Of a stretch of DNA of 20,000 bases, positions 7,360 to 17,286 are shown one piece after another. Both the position numbers and the translations under genes were made by a program. Location: sequence record DRR723986_7964; one strand, written 5' to 3'. Position 1 is the first letter of the stretch. Every line of letters begins with the position of its first letter. The notes beneath the pieces were generated by a model, which saw nothing but the letters and a program-made list of their open reading frames with translations, ran no database searches and had not been told where the DNA came from.

Positions 7360-8589
7360 ATGAAAAAGATATTTTCTGCAGTGGCCATGGTGTTCTTTTT
7401 AGGATTAACATTTGCACAAAAAGCAGATATTACAAATAAAGAGGGTAGCAGTTATAAATTTACGAAAGAGGTTCATTTAGATGCAACGCCAGTTCAGTCG
7501 CAAGGATGGACAGGAACTTGTTGGAGTTTTTCTGCGCTGTCATTTTTTGAAACAGAGTTGAAGAGAACAGGCAAAACAATGCCGATTCTATCTGAGATGT
7601 TTATTGTTTATCAAGCGTATCTTGGTAAAGCTGAGAAATATTACAGAACAGACGGCAACACCAACTTTGATGAAGGTGGTGCTTTTCATGATATCCCGTG
7701 GGTGATTAGCCGATTTGGTATCGTACCAGAATCTGCATACAAGGGGATCAATTATGATTCAGAAAAACATACACATGCTGAATTATCTGCTGTTTTGAAA
7801 GGTGCTATGAAAGGTCTTTTAGAAGCGCGAGATGAAATGGGTGATGGTGATGTGATGACCAATGCTTGGATTCCTGCATTGCGCGGAATCTTAAATTCTT
7901 ATTTAGGATTCATTCCTGAGGATGTGAAAGATATGAAATTCAAGGTGGATGGAAAAGAGTACAATCCCATATCATATAGAGATGAATTGGGATTAAATAT
8001 GGATGATTATATTTCATTGACTTCATTTTCAAATCACCCGTTCAACCAAGAATGTCAATTAGCAATTGCTGATAACTGGGCATGGGGTAGTTCTTATAAC
8101 GTTCCTTTAGAAGACTTATGGGGAGCTGCTGAATATGCTTTAAGAGAAGGTTACTCTTTTGCATGGGGAGCTGATGTTTCTGAAGATTACTTTAGTTTTA
8201 GATCTGGTTTAGCAATAGTACCTAAAGATGAGTCTACCATTTTTGTTTCAGGAAAATCTAATAAAAATTTCTCTGACGCCGGTGCTGAGAAAAAAGCGTC
8301 TTGCTTTATGGAGCCAGGTGAAGAGTTAGAAATTACTCAAGAATTGAGACAAAAAGGTTATGATGGTAAACAAACCACTGATGATCATGGTATGCATGCA
8401 GTTGGTTTATACAAAGACCAAAACGGAACCAAGTATTTGTTAATCAAAAATTCATGGGGAACGTCTTACAATGATTGTGATGGATATTTCTATGCTTCAG
8501 AAGCATACTTTAAATACAAAACAATCAACATCTACTTGCATAAAGATGGTTTATCTAAAGAGATGAAAAAGAAATTGAATATTCAGTAG
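7360..8589 (+). CDS. Secreted papain-fold cysteine aminopeptidase (peptidase C1, aminopeptidase C / bleomycin-hydrolase-like)
   Basis: Signal peptide. Catalytic motifs QGWTGTCWSFS (Gln/Cys), TTDDHGMH (His) and IKNSWG (Asn). Confidence 0.9.
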   Translation: MKKIFSAVAMVFFLGLTFAQKADITNKEGSSYKFTKEVHLDATPVQSQGWTGTCWSFSALSFFETELKRTGKTMPILSEMFIVYQAYLGKAEKYYRTDGNTNFDEGGAFHDIPWVISRFGIVPESAYKGINYDSEKHTHAELSAVLKGAMKGLLEARDEMGDGDVMTNAWIPALRGILNSYLGFIPEDVKDMKFKVDGKEYNPISYRDELGLNMDDYISLTSFSNHPFNQECQLAIADNWAWGSSYNVPLEDLWGAAEYALREGYSFAWGADVSEDYFSFRSGLAIVPKDESTIFVSGKSNKNFSDAGAEKKASCFMEPGEELEITQELRQKGYDGKQTTDDHGMHAVGLYKDQNGTKYLLIKNSWGTSYNDCDGYFYASEAYFKYKTINIYLHKDGLSKEMKKKLNIQ

Positions 8590-8607
8590 AATACAAAGTT
8601 GATTTTG

Positions 8608-8641
8608 AATCCGCCATGATATTGATCGTGGCGGATTTTTT
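8608..8641. terminator. Intrinsic terminator between the convergent peptidase and kinase genes
   Basis: Stem AATCCGCCATGAT (8608-8620) / ATCGTGGCGGATT (8625-8637) with one G-U pair, a 4-nt loop and a T-run on the + strand. Confidence 0.8.
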
Positions 8642-10187
8642 ATTTGTAGGCCTTGAATTCAAAGTCATACTGAGTTCCAGTGACTGATTTAGTTAATTTA
8701 TAACTGCCTTCTAATTGATCTGTAAAAATTGAAATTAAAGAGGTTCCGAAATTCTTACTTCCAGGATTGTCTAACCACTGACCGTTATCCAAATAGTTCA
8801 ATGTTAATGTTGTTGAATTATCTTTTAAATAAATGGTGATTTTTCCGGTTGACTTCCCCTTAAAACCATACTTTAAGCTGTTCGTGATCAATTCATTAAG
8901 GATAAGTGCCAAAGGAACGATTGCTTTCAAATCCAATTCACTTGTTTCACTATCGATTTCGAGATCTACTTTTTTTGAATCACTAAATGAAGAAATGATA
9001 TCATTTGCAAGTGCTGAGATGTATTCTTGGGCTGAAATGTAATTGAGTTCTGACGTATTATAAATTTTTTCATGTATCAATGCAATAGCTCGTATTCGTT
9101 CAGTAGCATCTGTCAAGGAACTTTCGATCTCCTCGTTTTCAGCCGTACTTGCCTGTAATCTAATTAAGCTGGTGATGATTTGAAGATTATTTTTAACCCT
9201 GTGGTGAATTTCTTGAAGTAGGACTTTCTTTTCTCGGTCCTGCTTTTTAATTTGATCCAGTGAGACCTTCAATGTTTCTTGCATTTTGGTCTTTTCGGCA
9301 ACCTGTTTTTTCAAAGATCTATTCCAGAGATAAAAGAGTAATAAAGCGGCTAAAGCTATTCCACCAATGATGAGCATCCAAGTCAGTGCCTTAGACCATG
9401 AAAACCCGTATTCGTATCTCACCGAAATCCAATCCTGTCTGATTCTACTACTTTCTTGAATAGAAATGGAATTGAGCACCTTTTGACAGATGTCTCTAAA
9501 AACTATCCAGTCTTTATTAAAGGCCATGGCAATTTTTATATCCTCATACCTAGTGGGTGCAGCAATTTTAAGGTTAGTGAAACCTTTATGATTGACATAA
9601 TAACTAATGACACCTAAGCTACCAACATAAGCATCTGCTTCTTCAAAACTCACAGCTTCAAGACAAGCCTGAATACTTGGCTTTTCAATGACTTTTATTT
9701 TGGGATGATCATTTTTAATCAGTGAAGTGGTCCAATAACCCTCTGGAAGGGCGACTGTGTGACCATATAAATCTTGAAGACATGAGACAAATTCGTATTC
9801 TCTTCGTGTAGATATGACAAGAGGGTCTGACACGTATGGTTTCGTAAATACCAAATATTTTTTGCGCTCCTCATCAATCGCACAGCTGGGGACCATTTTG
9901 ACAGATCCAGATTTCAAGCCTTCAAGAGATTTTTTCCAGCTAATATCAGGAATAGGTCGCATTTCAATACCTGTGGCATCTTCTATTCGTTGAACATATT
10001 CTCCTACAATACCAGTGTATTCTCCTTGATCATAAATCTCATAGGGTTCCCACTTGGGTTCATAACCAAATTCTACTACTGGATGTTCTTGAATCCATAA
10101 CTTTTCAGAATCTGTAAAAGAAATGGCTTGACTAAGCAAAAAACTGCAAAAGAAAAGTTGAGATATGATTAGGAAAAGTTTGTTCAA
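8640..10187 (-). CDS. Sensor histidine kinase: periplasmic solute-binding (PBP2/SBP_bac_3, BvgS-like) domain + TM + HisKA_2 + HATPase
   Basis: TTG start and signal peptide. FTDSEKLWIQEHPVV...WEPYE PBP domain, TM WMLIIGGIALAALLLFYLWN, H-box LLQEIHHRVKNNLQII, IALIHEKIY and N-box LILNELITNSLKYGF. Confidence 0.9.
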   Translation of the reverse strand: MNKLFLIISQLFFCSFLLSQAISFTDSEKLWIQEHPVVEFGYEPKWEPYEIYDQGEYTGIVGEYVQRIEDATGIEMRPIPDISWKKSLEGLKSGSVKMVPSCAIDEERKKYLVFTKPYVSDPLVISTRREYEFVSCLQDLYGHTVALPEGYWTTSLIKNDHPKIKVIEKPSIQACLEAVSFEEADAYVGSLGVISYYVNHKGFTNLKIAAPTRYEDIKIAMAFNKDWIVFRDICQKVLNSISIQESSRIRQDWISVRYEYGFSWSKALTWMLIIGGIALAALLLFYLWNRSLKKQVAEKTKMQETLKVSLDQIKKQDREKKVLLQEIHHRVKNNLQIITSLIRLQASTAENEEIESSLTDATERIRAIALIHEKIYNTSELNYISAQEYISALANDIISSFSDSKKVDLEIDSETSELDLKAIVPLALILNELITNSLKYGFKGKSTGKITIYLKDNSTTLTLNYLDNGQWLDNPGSKNFGTSLISIFTDQLEGSYKLTKSVTGTQYDFEFKAYK

Positions 10188-10294
10188 AATAATAGCTTAA
10201 TAACAGTAATATAATGATTATAAGTTAATTGGCATTCGTGTAGGTGTAAATACGGACTATTTGTATGGATTAGATTAAACTTAAAATGGTTTTA

Positions 10295-10302
10295 TATCTT
10301 TG
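10295..10302 (+). promoter_or_regulatory. -7 promoter element (TATCTTTG) for the methyltransferase gene
   Basis: Exact TAnnTTTG match ending 19 nt before the ATG at 10322. Confidence 0.6.
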
Positions 10303-10321
10303 ATTCCAGATAAGCAAAAAC

Positions 10322-11017
10322 ATGAGAGGAAAACTTAAAGGCTGGTTTTTCGTGTTGCAATTACACGTTTTAATACCAAGTAAAATATTTATTTTTTTAG
10401 GGCACTTAGCTAAAATGTCTCGGTTTGCTAAAAAGCACAAGAAAAATGCGTTTTCAGATTTTTACGCATCTAAGTTTGTGTATACCAAGAGAGAAGAAAT
10501 GTTTAGACATGTGATCAAGTCAGAGCAGATTGATGACGTAAATTATCTGGAATTTGGAGTTTCTAAAGGAGGGTCGTTCCGTTGGTGGGCTAATGAATTA
10601 AAAAATCCAAATGCACGATTCGAAGGTTTTGATACTTTTTCTGGTTTACCAGAAGATTGGGGTCCTTTTAAAGCTGGAGATATGTCGAATGGTGATGAGC
10701 CTCCACAAATGGATGACGAAAGATGTCGCTTTCATCAAGGATTATTTCAACAAACTTTGATTCCGTTTTTAACGGATTTCGACCCAGAAAAAAGAAAAGT
10801 AATTCACATGGATGCTGATCTTTATTCAGCCACATTATATGTACTCACCTTAATGACTCCTTATTTGCGATCAGGCGACATTATTTTCTTTGATGAATTC
10901 AATGTTCCAATGCACGAGTTTAAAGCTTTTACCGAATGGACAGATTCATTTTACATCAAGTATGAAGTGATCGGTTCTGTTAACAATTTCTATCAAACAG
11001 TTGTTAAGATATTATAG
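10322..11017 (+). CDS. TylF/MycF/NovP-like class I SAM-dependent O-methyltransferase
   Basis: YLEFGVSKGGS (motif I), GFDTFSGLPEDW, GLFQQTL, IHMDADLYSAT and IIFFDEF, the acidic metal/SAM-binding motifs of the TylF family. Confidence 0.82.
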   Translation: MRGKLKGWFFVLQLHVLIPSKIFIFLGHLAKMSRFAKKHKKNAFSDFYASKFVYTKREEMFRHVIKSEQIDDVNYLEFGVSKGGSFRWWANELKNPNARFEGFDTFSGLPEDWGPFKAGDMSNGDEPPQMDDERCRFHQGLFQQTLIPFLTDFDPEKRKVIHMDADLYSATLYVLTLMTPYLRSGDIIFFDEFNVPMHEFKAFTEWTDSFYIKYEVIGSVNNFYQTVVKIL

Positions 11018-11052
11018 ACATTTCGTTTAATCGTTGAATATCCGCCAAAGAT

Positions 11053-11083
11053 TTTGTTTCAACCCTGAATTTCACTAAATTAG
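11053..11083 (+). promoter_or_regulatory. Possible primary-sigma promoter for the M43 protease
   Basis: TTTG at 11053-11056, a 19-nt spacer, then TAAATTAG at 11076-11083 (one mismatch to TAnnTTTG). Confidence 0.45.
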
Positions 11084-11099
11084 GCAGAATCAAAAATCT

Positions 11100-14087
11100 A
11101 TGGATATGAGAAAAACAGTTACTCGCTTAGCGCTTTCTGCGCTTTTTTTCTTGCCATTTACGTCAGCCATTGCTCAGATCGGACAGGGTGCCGGAGCAAA
11201 AGTCGCAACGTTTAATGTACAAGCAACCAACTCACATTTAAGTAATTCACCTGATTTAAATCATCAGTGTGATGGACATCATTGTTTATCAGATGCTTTA
11301 ACTCAAGACTGGGTGAATTCTTATGGAATACAAGAGGAATATAAACAACAACAGATTAGACAAAATCAGGATGCTCAAGGTCAAATGACCCCTAGAGCCA
11401 CGTATACTATTCCAATTATTTTTCACGTAGTTCACAACCCTAATAATCCTGCTGAAAATGTAAGTGAAGCAGCAATTAACGCTTTGTTGAATGCGGTGAA
11501 TCTTGATTTTACAGCATCAAATTCTGATGTAGGGAACTTAAGAACTGGGTTTGGGTGGACAGCAGCAGATGCTGACATAGAATTCTGTTTGGCACAAAGA
11601 GATCCATGGGGAAATCAACTTACAGAATTAGGAATCAATAGAGTTGCTACTACTGAAGATTATTATGATCCAAATACGGAATCAAATAAAATGAAAGGAA
11701 ACACTGGTGGAAACACAGGTACTCCAGGATGGGATAGAACTAGTTATGTAAATGTTTGGATTTGTGATATCACCAATGGCGCTTCTTCGGGAACTGCGGG
11801 ATACGCATATAAGCCAACTACAACAGCTTTACCACCAGCATCTATTGATGGAATCGTTATTGATTACAATTTAGGAATGCCACCAACGAATAGAGTTTTA
11901 ACTCATGAAATCGGTCACTATTTAGGTCTTTCTCACACTTGGGGAAATTCAAACACAGCATCAGGTTGTGGACAAGATGACGGTTTAACCGATACACCAG
12001 TAACTGCTGGACCATCTTTTAACTATTCTGGTTCTTGTAGTGGTTCTCAACAAACTTGTTCAGGAACTGAAACTCAGTACGAGAACTTTATGGATTACTC
12101 GAATTGTCAAGTTATGTATACTACAGAACAAGCCAACTTAATGACAGCAGTATTGAATGGTTCTCGTTCTAGCTTATTAAGCTCTCAAGGCTGTGTTCCA
12201 ATTAACCCAATGCCTCCAGTTGCAGATTTTGTTGCTGATATCACTACAATTGTAGCAGGTGGGTCTATCAATTTCACGGATTTATCTACAAATTATCCTA
12301 CTATGTGGTCGTGGACATCAAATCCAGCTGCAGGGGTGACATTTGTAAACGGTACCGTTGCTACAGATCAAAATGTAACTATGCAATTTGCAAATGTTGG
12401 TACCTATGAGATTCAATTAGATGCTTCAAATCCTTACGGAACAGATAATGAAACGAAGACGGCTTATATTAACGTAGTAGCTTCTGGTGGAGGTACTACT
12501 GCCTGTGATACGATTCGAAATTATTCGAGTGCCGAAGGTGCAAACATGACTGCTTATAGTTTAACCGGCGGTGATGGATACTATCCTGGTTCTCTTTATT
12601 TGCCAGGTACAAATGATTTTCAAATGCAACACATTGCCGATAGCTTTTTTGTGAATTCACCTACTACGATTAAAAGGTTGTATTTACCGGTTTATCAGGC
12701 AGATGATTTAGGTCCAGCAAATGATGTCATATTCACGGTTTGGGCAAACAATGGTGCAACTCCAGGTCCAGGAGCTGTGATTGGTTCGGAAGCAGTGCCA
12801 ATTTCAAGTTTAAATGCTGGATTTTGGAATGAAATTGATTTTACTACTCCAGTTCCAGTAAATGGTGAATTCTGGGTAGGTTATGAGTTCGAATATAGCA
12901 ACACTACTATTCAAGATACAGTTTTGTTTGCAACTACTAACTTCTCTGATAGACCTTCAGGACCTAGTTCAACATGGGTTCAAGGTTACGAACCAAACTT
13001 AGCGCTTAACTTTAACTGGCAATCATCAACCAGCTTCTTTACAAGTGCCCCTGATTGTTCTTTAATTTTAGATGTATTAACTTCTAATGGACCTTCACCA
13101 AATGCAGTGGCTGTTTGGCCTGCAACAGAGACATGTGAGGGTATGGATGTGACTATGAATGGTTTCGGGTCTACGAACACGAATGCTTATTACTGGGACA
13201 TTACAGATGGTACAAATAACTATTTCTTTGATCAAGGAAACTTGACTACCACTCTTACAGCTGGTACTTGGACCTTTAATTTAGAAGCTGATGGATCTTG
13301 TGAAACTGATATTGATGGTCCTCATGTAATTACAGTTAATCCAACAATAACACCAAGCTTTACCGTAGGTGATGAAAACTGTATTGCTGCTGACGGTACA
13401 ATTAACGTGACACTTTCAGGTGGAAATGGCGGACCGTATAACTACTCCATTAACAATGGTGCAACTTTTGAAACGGCTGGAACCTATTCTAACTTAATTG
13501 CTGGTACTTATAACTACATATTCACCGATAACGCGAATTGCGAGGTGACTGGAACAGTAGATGTAGGTAACGTGAACACGTTTGCTCCAACAATAACACC
13601 AGATCAAACGATTATGGCCGGAACCAATACTACTTTGGCTGTAACAGGTGGTGCATCTTGGACATGGTATGCTAACGAAGGTGCGGGTCCAATTCAAATT
13701 GCTACTACGCAGACGGTTGATGTAGCACCTGTAGTTACCACAACATACAGTTGTAACGTTACTGATGGATCGGGTTGTGAAGCAGAGCTGAATGTTACAC
13801 TTACGGTAAGTAATCCGCAAGGTATTGCTGAAGAATTAGCTAATTCTTTCACGCTTTATCCTAATCCAACAAATGGCGAATTCCAATTGATTTTCAACTT
13901 GAACGAAAGTAGAGATTTGAACATTGAGGTGATTAATGTTATTGGTGATCAAGTTTACTTTGGATCATTCGGTGATGTAAAAAATCAAAATGTCAATATG
14001 GATTTAAGCGGAATGGCTTCAGGAGTTTACTTTGTTAAAGTTTATTCTGGAGATGAAAGCGTAACTAAGAAGATTGTATTGAGATAA
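11100..14087 (+). CDS. T9SS-secreted M43 (pappalysin/ulilysin-like) zinc metalloprotease with PKD/Ig-like domains and a type A CTD
   Basis: Signal peptide, TIPIIFHVVH, IEFCLAQRDP, zinc motif THEIGHYLGLSHTW (HExxHxxGxxH), Met-turn ENFMDY, PKD PPVADFVAD...INFTDLSTNYPTMWSW, and CTD FTLYPNPTNG...SGVYFVKV...KKIVLR. Confidence 0.92.
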   Translation: MDMRKTVTRLALSALFFLPFTSAIAQIGQGAGAKVATFNVQATNSHLSNSPDLNHQCDGHHCLSDALTQDWVNSYGIQEEYKQQQIRQNQDAQGQMTPRATYTIPIIFHVVHNPNNPAENVSEAAINALLNAVNLDFTASNSDVGNLRTGFGWTAADADIEFCLAQRDPWGNQLTELGINRVATTEDYYDPNTESNKMKGNTGGNTGTPGWDRTSYVNVWICDITNGASSGTAGYAYKPTTTALPPASIDGIVIDYNLGMPPTNRVLTHEIGHYLGLSHTWGNSNTASGCGQDDGLTDTPVTAGPSFNYSGSCSGSQQTCSGTETQYENFMDYSNCQVMYTTEQANLMTAVLNGSRSSLLSSQGCVPINPMPPVADFVADITTIVAGGSINFTDLSTNYPTMWSWTSNPAAGVTFVNGTVATDQNVTMQFANVGTYEIQLDASNPYGTDNETKTAYINVVASGGGTTACDTIRNYSSAEGANMTAYSLTGGDGYYPGSLYLPGTNDFQMQHIADSFFVNSPTTIKRLYLPVYQADDLGPANDVIFTVWANNGATPGPGAVIGSEAVPISSLNAGFWNEIDFTTPVPVNGEFWVGYEFEYSNTTIQDTVLFATTNFSDRPSGPSSTWVQGYEPNLALNFNWQSSTSFFTSAPDCSLILDVLTSNGPSPNAVAVWPATETCEGMDVTMNGFGSTNTNAYYWDITDGTNNYFFDQGNLTTTLTAGTWTFNLEADGSCETDIDGPHVITVNPTITPSFTVGDENCIAADGTINVTLSGGNGGPYNYSINNGATFETAGTYSNLIAGTYNYIFTDNANCEVTGTVDVGNVNTFAPTITPDQTIMAGTNTTLAVTGGASWTWYANEGAGPIQIATTQTVDVAPVVTTTYSCNVTDGSGCEAELNVTLTVSNPQGIAEELANSFTLYPNPTNGEFQLIFNLNESRDLNIEVINVIGDQVYFGSFGDVKNQNVNMDLSGMASGVYFVKVYSGDESVTKKIVLR

Positions 14088-14108
14088 AACTCAGAACGAA
14101 TCATTCAT

Positions 14109-14142
14109 TAAAAAAGGCGAGAGGTTTAACTTCTCGCCTTTT
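14109..14142. terminator. Bidirectional intrinsic terminator between the M43 protease and the convergent TBDR
   Basis: AAAAGGCGAGA / TCTCGCCTTTT inverted repeat with an A-run on the left and a T-run on the right. Confidence 0.85.
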
Positions 14143-14182
14143 ATATTTTATGTCACTCGATACCTTAGAAGCTTTAGTTCAA

Positions 14183-16591
14183 TTAAAACTCAGCTTTCAA
14201 ACTCACCATAAAATTTCTACCAGGAGCGGTTATTCCTGAGGCAAATTGGCGATAATGCATGTCTAAAATGTTTTCAGCCGCAAATTGTACAGATAGAGTT
14301 TCATAGAACGTGTAATTAATTCTAAAGTTTAAAGTCCACCAAGGAGGTGTTCCCGCTTCATTTGGAGTGAGATCAATGTTATCACCACCCGGTGTATAGT
14401 CGGACAGTTTTTTTCTAAAGTTGTAGAAACTATAAATGGAAGTATTCAGTTTTTTACTGGCGTATTGGAACGATATTTTACCAAATTGGGGAGCAATATG
14501 CTCTAATGGTGTATTTGCAGATAAATCTTCACCCTTGGTATAATTATAGCTGTAATTAAAATTGAATTTTGAGGTAAAATTGATTTTTACAAAGGCTGAG
14601 AGGCCGTAAATAATGGCTTTGTCAGTATTCACAATAGACTGAATTTTAGTCATTTGACCATCATACATAATAGAGTCTTGACCATTCAATGTGAAGTCTC
14701 TTTGAACCATTGCGTTAAACAAATAAGTTGAATAAACGGTTCCACCAATCTTCAACAAATCCTTTCCAAAAGAACGTTGAGCAGATAACTCACCACCTAA
14801 TGCGTATTCAGGTTTAAGTCCATTGTTTGGAACTACTGTGTACCCGCTTTTTTCAAATACCTTACCATAATCATCAATATTTGGTGCTCTAAAACCTGTT
14901 GTGGCTTGAATAGAAATTTTTGTTACTGAATCTGGTCGTAAAACAAAACCAACATTACCAGATGGAGCGCCAGTTAAAATATTGACTTCGTTAAAAGGTA
15001 ATGATAAGAAGCTTGTGTCTTTAAATTGAGAGTTCGCATAGATAAACGAATACCTCAAACCGGTGGTAAAATTGGCTTTGTTTTTGAACTTCTTTTTAAA
15101 TTCCACATAAATTCCTGAACTTAAATAGTTACTTTCTTGCGGATATCTTGTTTGGATGTCCGAGCTTAATCCTGTGTTTATGTTACGGTTAAATGCGGTA
15201 GAGTTCACCATATTATGTTGGGCCTCCAATCCATAGAAAAAGATGCGATTTTTTGTGAGAATCCTGTTAAAATCTAAGTTCAAAGAAAAAATGTTTAAGT
15301 CTTCTTCTTGATATTCTCTCATGGCATTTTGATACCTTCTACTAATTCTGTCTTCATCTATTTTTTGATACGCCAAAGAGAAAACACCGGCATGATAGAG
15401 CTTATTTTTTGGGTTGTTTGGGTTTTTACTGAAATCTACCTTGAATTGACCCAGGAACCTAGTTTGTGGTCCATAATACCATTCAGCGTATCTCAATTCA
15501 GACCCTGCATATTCAGTTAATTTATCGTACCGATTCACGTTTGATGAGGTCGAAAACTGGAGATTGAATGTGTATTTCAAATGATCATTTGATTGGTAAA
15601 CAAATTTCTCTAAGAAGTCAAATTGAGAATATCCGCTGTTAGCTTGAATATGAGGATTTAAATTTTCAACTATGCTATCTGAACCATTACTTTGAATAAT
15701 AACTTCTGGATGCAATCCCCACGTACTATCATTATGAAACGCTCGATTTTTTCCACTGATGATGTCCCCAAATTTGCTGGCTGTAAATGACGATAATAGC
15801 GCCCACTTATTTTTTCCTATTGAAAAGTCAAAATGACCTGTCATACTTCTGTTGTTACTGTTGAATCGCAAATAACTATTGCCGTGAAAATAGGTACTGT
15901 CTATGCCGTTGATTTCAGGATCTATCGTGTGAAAGTGTATAACGCCTCCCAAAGCATCTGAACCGTAAAGCGAAGAGCTCGGGCCAAATATGACCTCGGT
16001 GTGGTCTAAAACCGCATTATCTACAGTAATAGCGTTCTGAAGATGGCCACTTCTATAAATGGCATTGTTCATCCTAACCCCATCAATTACCAATAATAAT
16101 TTATTTGCCTCAAAACCTCTTATAATCGGTGAACCTCCTCCACCTTGTGATTTTTGGACCAAAACTCCGCCCGTGTTTTGTAACATATCGGCAGAAGTTG
16201 CAGGGTTTTCAAGCTTGACTATTTCTTTCGTAATCTTCTCTATTCTTCCTGGTTCGTCTTTTTCATCAACGTTGTAACGCAGCGGGTGATCGTAATAAAT
16301 GGTTGGTAATTGATTTTCTTTCGGAACTAGATAAATTGTTCCTGAAAGTGTTTCTTTCTTGCTAATATAGAGTTTGTCAAATCTAATGTGCTGAATAATC
16401 AACATTTCATCAGCTCCAAAACTACTCAAACTGATTACACCATCTTTATCAGATAAAACTCCTCTGGGGTTTTCTTTGGAATATATAAAGACCTCTTTTA
16501 CGGGTTTATTTGTGGAAGAATCTAGAATTGTTACGTTTTGGGCTAAAACAGAGAAAGAAAATAAAAGACTAATCGTGCAGAGTAGCTTCAA
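14183..16591 (-). CDS. TonB-dependent receptor (heme/hemoglobin/transferrin-receptor-like subfamily; substrate unproven)
   Basis: Plug VQKSQGGGGSPIIRGFEANKLLLVIDGVRMNNAIYRSG and EVIFGPSSSLYGSDALGGVIHF. Barrel GFRAPNIDD, LKPE and ENILD..Y, C-terminal APGRNFMVSLKAEF. The TTG at 16591 gives a clean signal peptide MKLLCTISLLFSFSVLA-Q, preferred over the ORF-track start at 16657. Confidence 0.85.
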   Translation of the reverse strand: MKLLCTISLLFSFSVLAQNVTILDSSTNKPVKEVFIYSKENPRGVLSDKDGVISLSSFGADEMLIIQHIRFDKLYISKKETLSGTIYLVPKENQLPTIYYDHPLRYNVDEKDEPGRIEKITKEIVKLENPATSADMLQNTGGVLVQKSQGGGGSPIIRGFEANKLLLVIDGVRMNNAIYRSGHLQNAITVDNAVLDHTEVIFGPSSSLYGSDALGGVIHFHTIDPEINGIDSTYFHGNSYLRFNSNNRSMTGHFDFSIGKNKWALLSSFTASKFGDIISGKNRAFHNDSTWGLHPEVIIQSNGSDSIVENLNPHIQANSGYSQFDFLEKFVYQSNDHLKYTFNLQFSTSSNVNRYDKLTEYAGSELRYAEWYYGPQTRFLGQFKVDFSKNPNNPKNKLYHAGVFSLAYQKIDEDRISRRYQNAMREYQEEDLNIFSLNLDFNRILTKNRIFFYGLEAQHNMVNSTAFNRNINTGLSSDIQTRYPQESNYLSSGIYVEFKKKFKNKANFTTGLRYSFIYANSQFKDTSFLSLPFNEVNILTGAPSGNVGFVLRPDSVTKISIQATTGFRAPNIDDYGKVFEKSGYTVVPNNGLKPEYALGGELSAQRSFGKDLLKIGGTVYSTYLFNAMVQRDFTLNGQDSIMYDGQMTKIQSIVNTDKAIIYGLSAFVKINFTSKFNFNYSYNYTKGEDLSANTPLEHIAPQFGKISFQYASKKLNTSIYSFYNFRKKLSDYTPGGDNIDLTPNEAGTPPWWTLNFRINYTFYETLSVQFAAENILDMHYRQFASGITAPGRNFMVSLKAEF

Positions 16592-17285
16592 GGATTGAAA
16601 GACTTTTAATTTCTGGGAATTTATCGAACAGAACCTTGTAATAATTGAGTAAATCATGGACTAATTCTCTGCGTGTTGCTAAATCTATTTTTGGGTCATT
16701 TACTCCATCAAAATTCGTGCCCGAAAAGGCCAAAAGTAATTTAGATTTTTGTTCTGATAAATAGAAAGGATGATTGGGTAAATACTTAACGTATCTACCT
16801 TCTTGTAAATCAAGATATAAACCGTCCTTATCTAACTGTGGATAGAACCCATGAAACTTAGATAGTTGGTATAAAAATTTAATCGGAAAGTTTGCTGTTT
16901 CATCAGATAAATCCAATATTTCTAATATGCTTTTAAGAAAAGTAAATAATTCGGAACTTTCTTCCTTGTCTTTTAGTGTTGCATTCAACACTTCATTCAT
17001 AAAAAAAATAATTGAAGATTTATATGGGTTGTAAGGAATATCTTTATAAATCACAGATGGTTCAACGGATGATATTTTTAGTAAATCACTATCTCCACGG
17101 TTATAATAATTGACTGATAAAATTGCTAAAGGACTAATAAGGTTACCTTTTTTGTTTTTCCGTTTTGCTCCTTGATAAATAAAGCTTTGAACACCCTGAC
17201 TTTCAGTGAGCATTTTGATGATGAGGCTTGTTTCAGAATAGTCTATTTTTTGAAGAACAATCCCTTCAATTTGACCAGAACTCAT
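16569..17285 (-). CDS. recO: DNA repair protein RecO
   Basis: EGIVLQKIDYSETSLIIKMLT N-terminal OB fold, K.SI..F..EVL, L..FHGFYP, LDLQEGRY, RRELV..LL.YY and KSLSIL C-terminus. Lies immediately downstream of porZ. Confidence 0.93.
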   Translation of the reverse strand: MSSGQIEGIVLQKIDYSETSLIIKMLTESQGVQSFIYQGAKRKNKKGNLISPLAILSVNYYNRGDSDLLKISSVEPSVIYKDIPYNPYKSSIIFFMNEVLNATLKDKEESSELFTFLKSILEILDLSDETANFPIKFLYQLSKFHGFYPQLDKDGLYLDLQEGRYVKYLPNHPFYLSEQKSKLLLAFSGTNFDGVNDPKIDLATRRELVHDLLNYYKVLFDKFPEIKSLSILEATLHD

Positions 17286-17286
17286 C

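Noticed and set aside
10241..10256. TAGGTGTAAATACGGA as a possible NarL/LuxR-type operator between the kinase and the methyltransferase
   Set aside because: Only half of the positions are palindromic and it occurs once, so it cannot be told from chance.
16592..16657. ORF-track N-terminal extension of the TBDR (89-bp overlap with recO)
   Set aside because: The TTG at 16591 yields a canonical signal peptide. The extension looks like incidental open frame inside recO.
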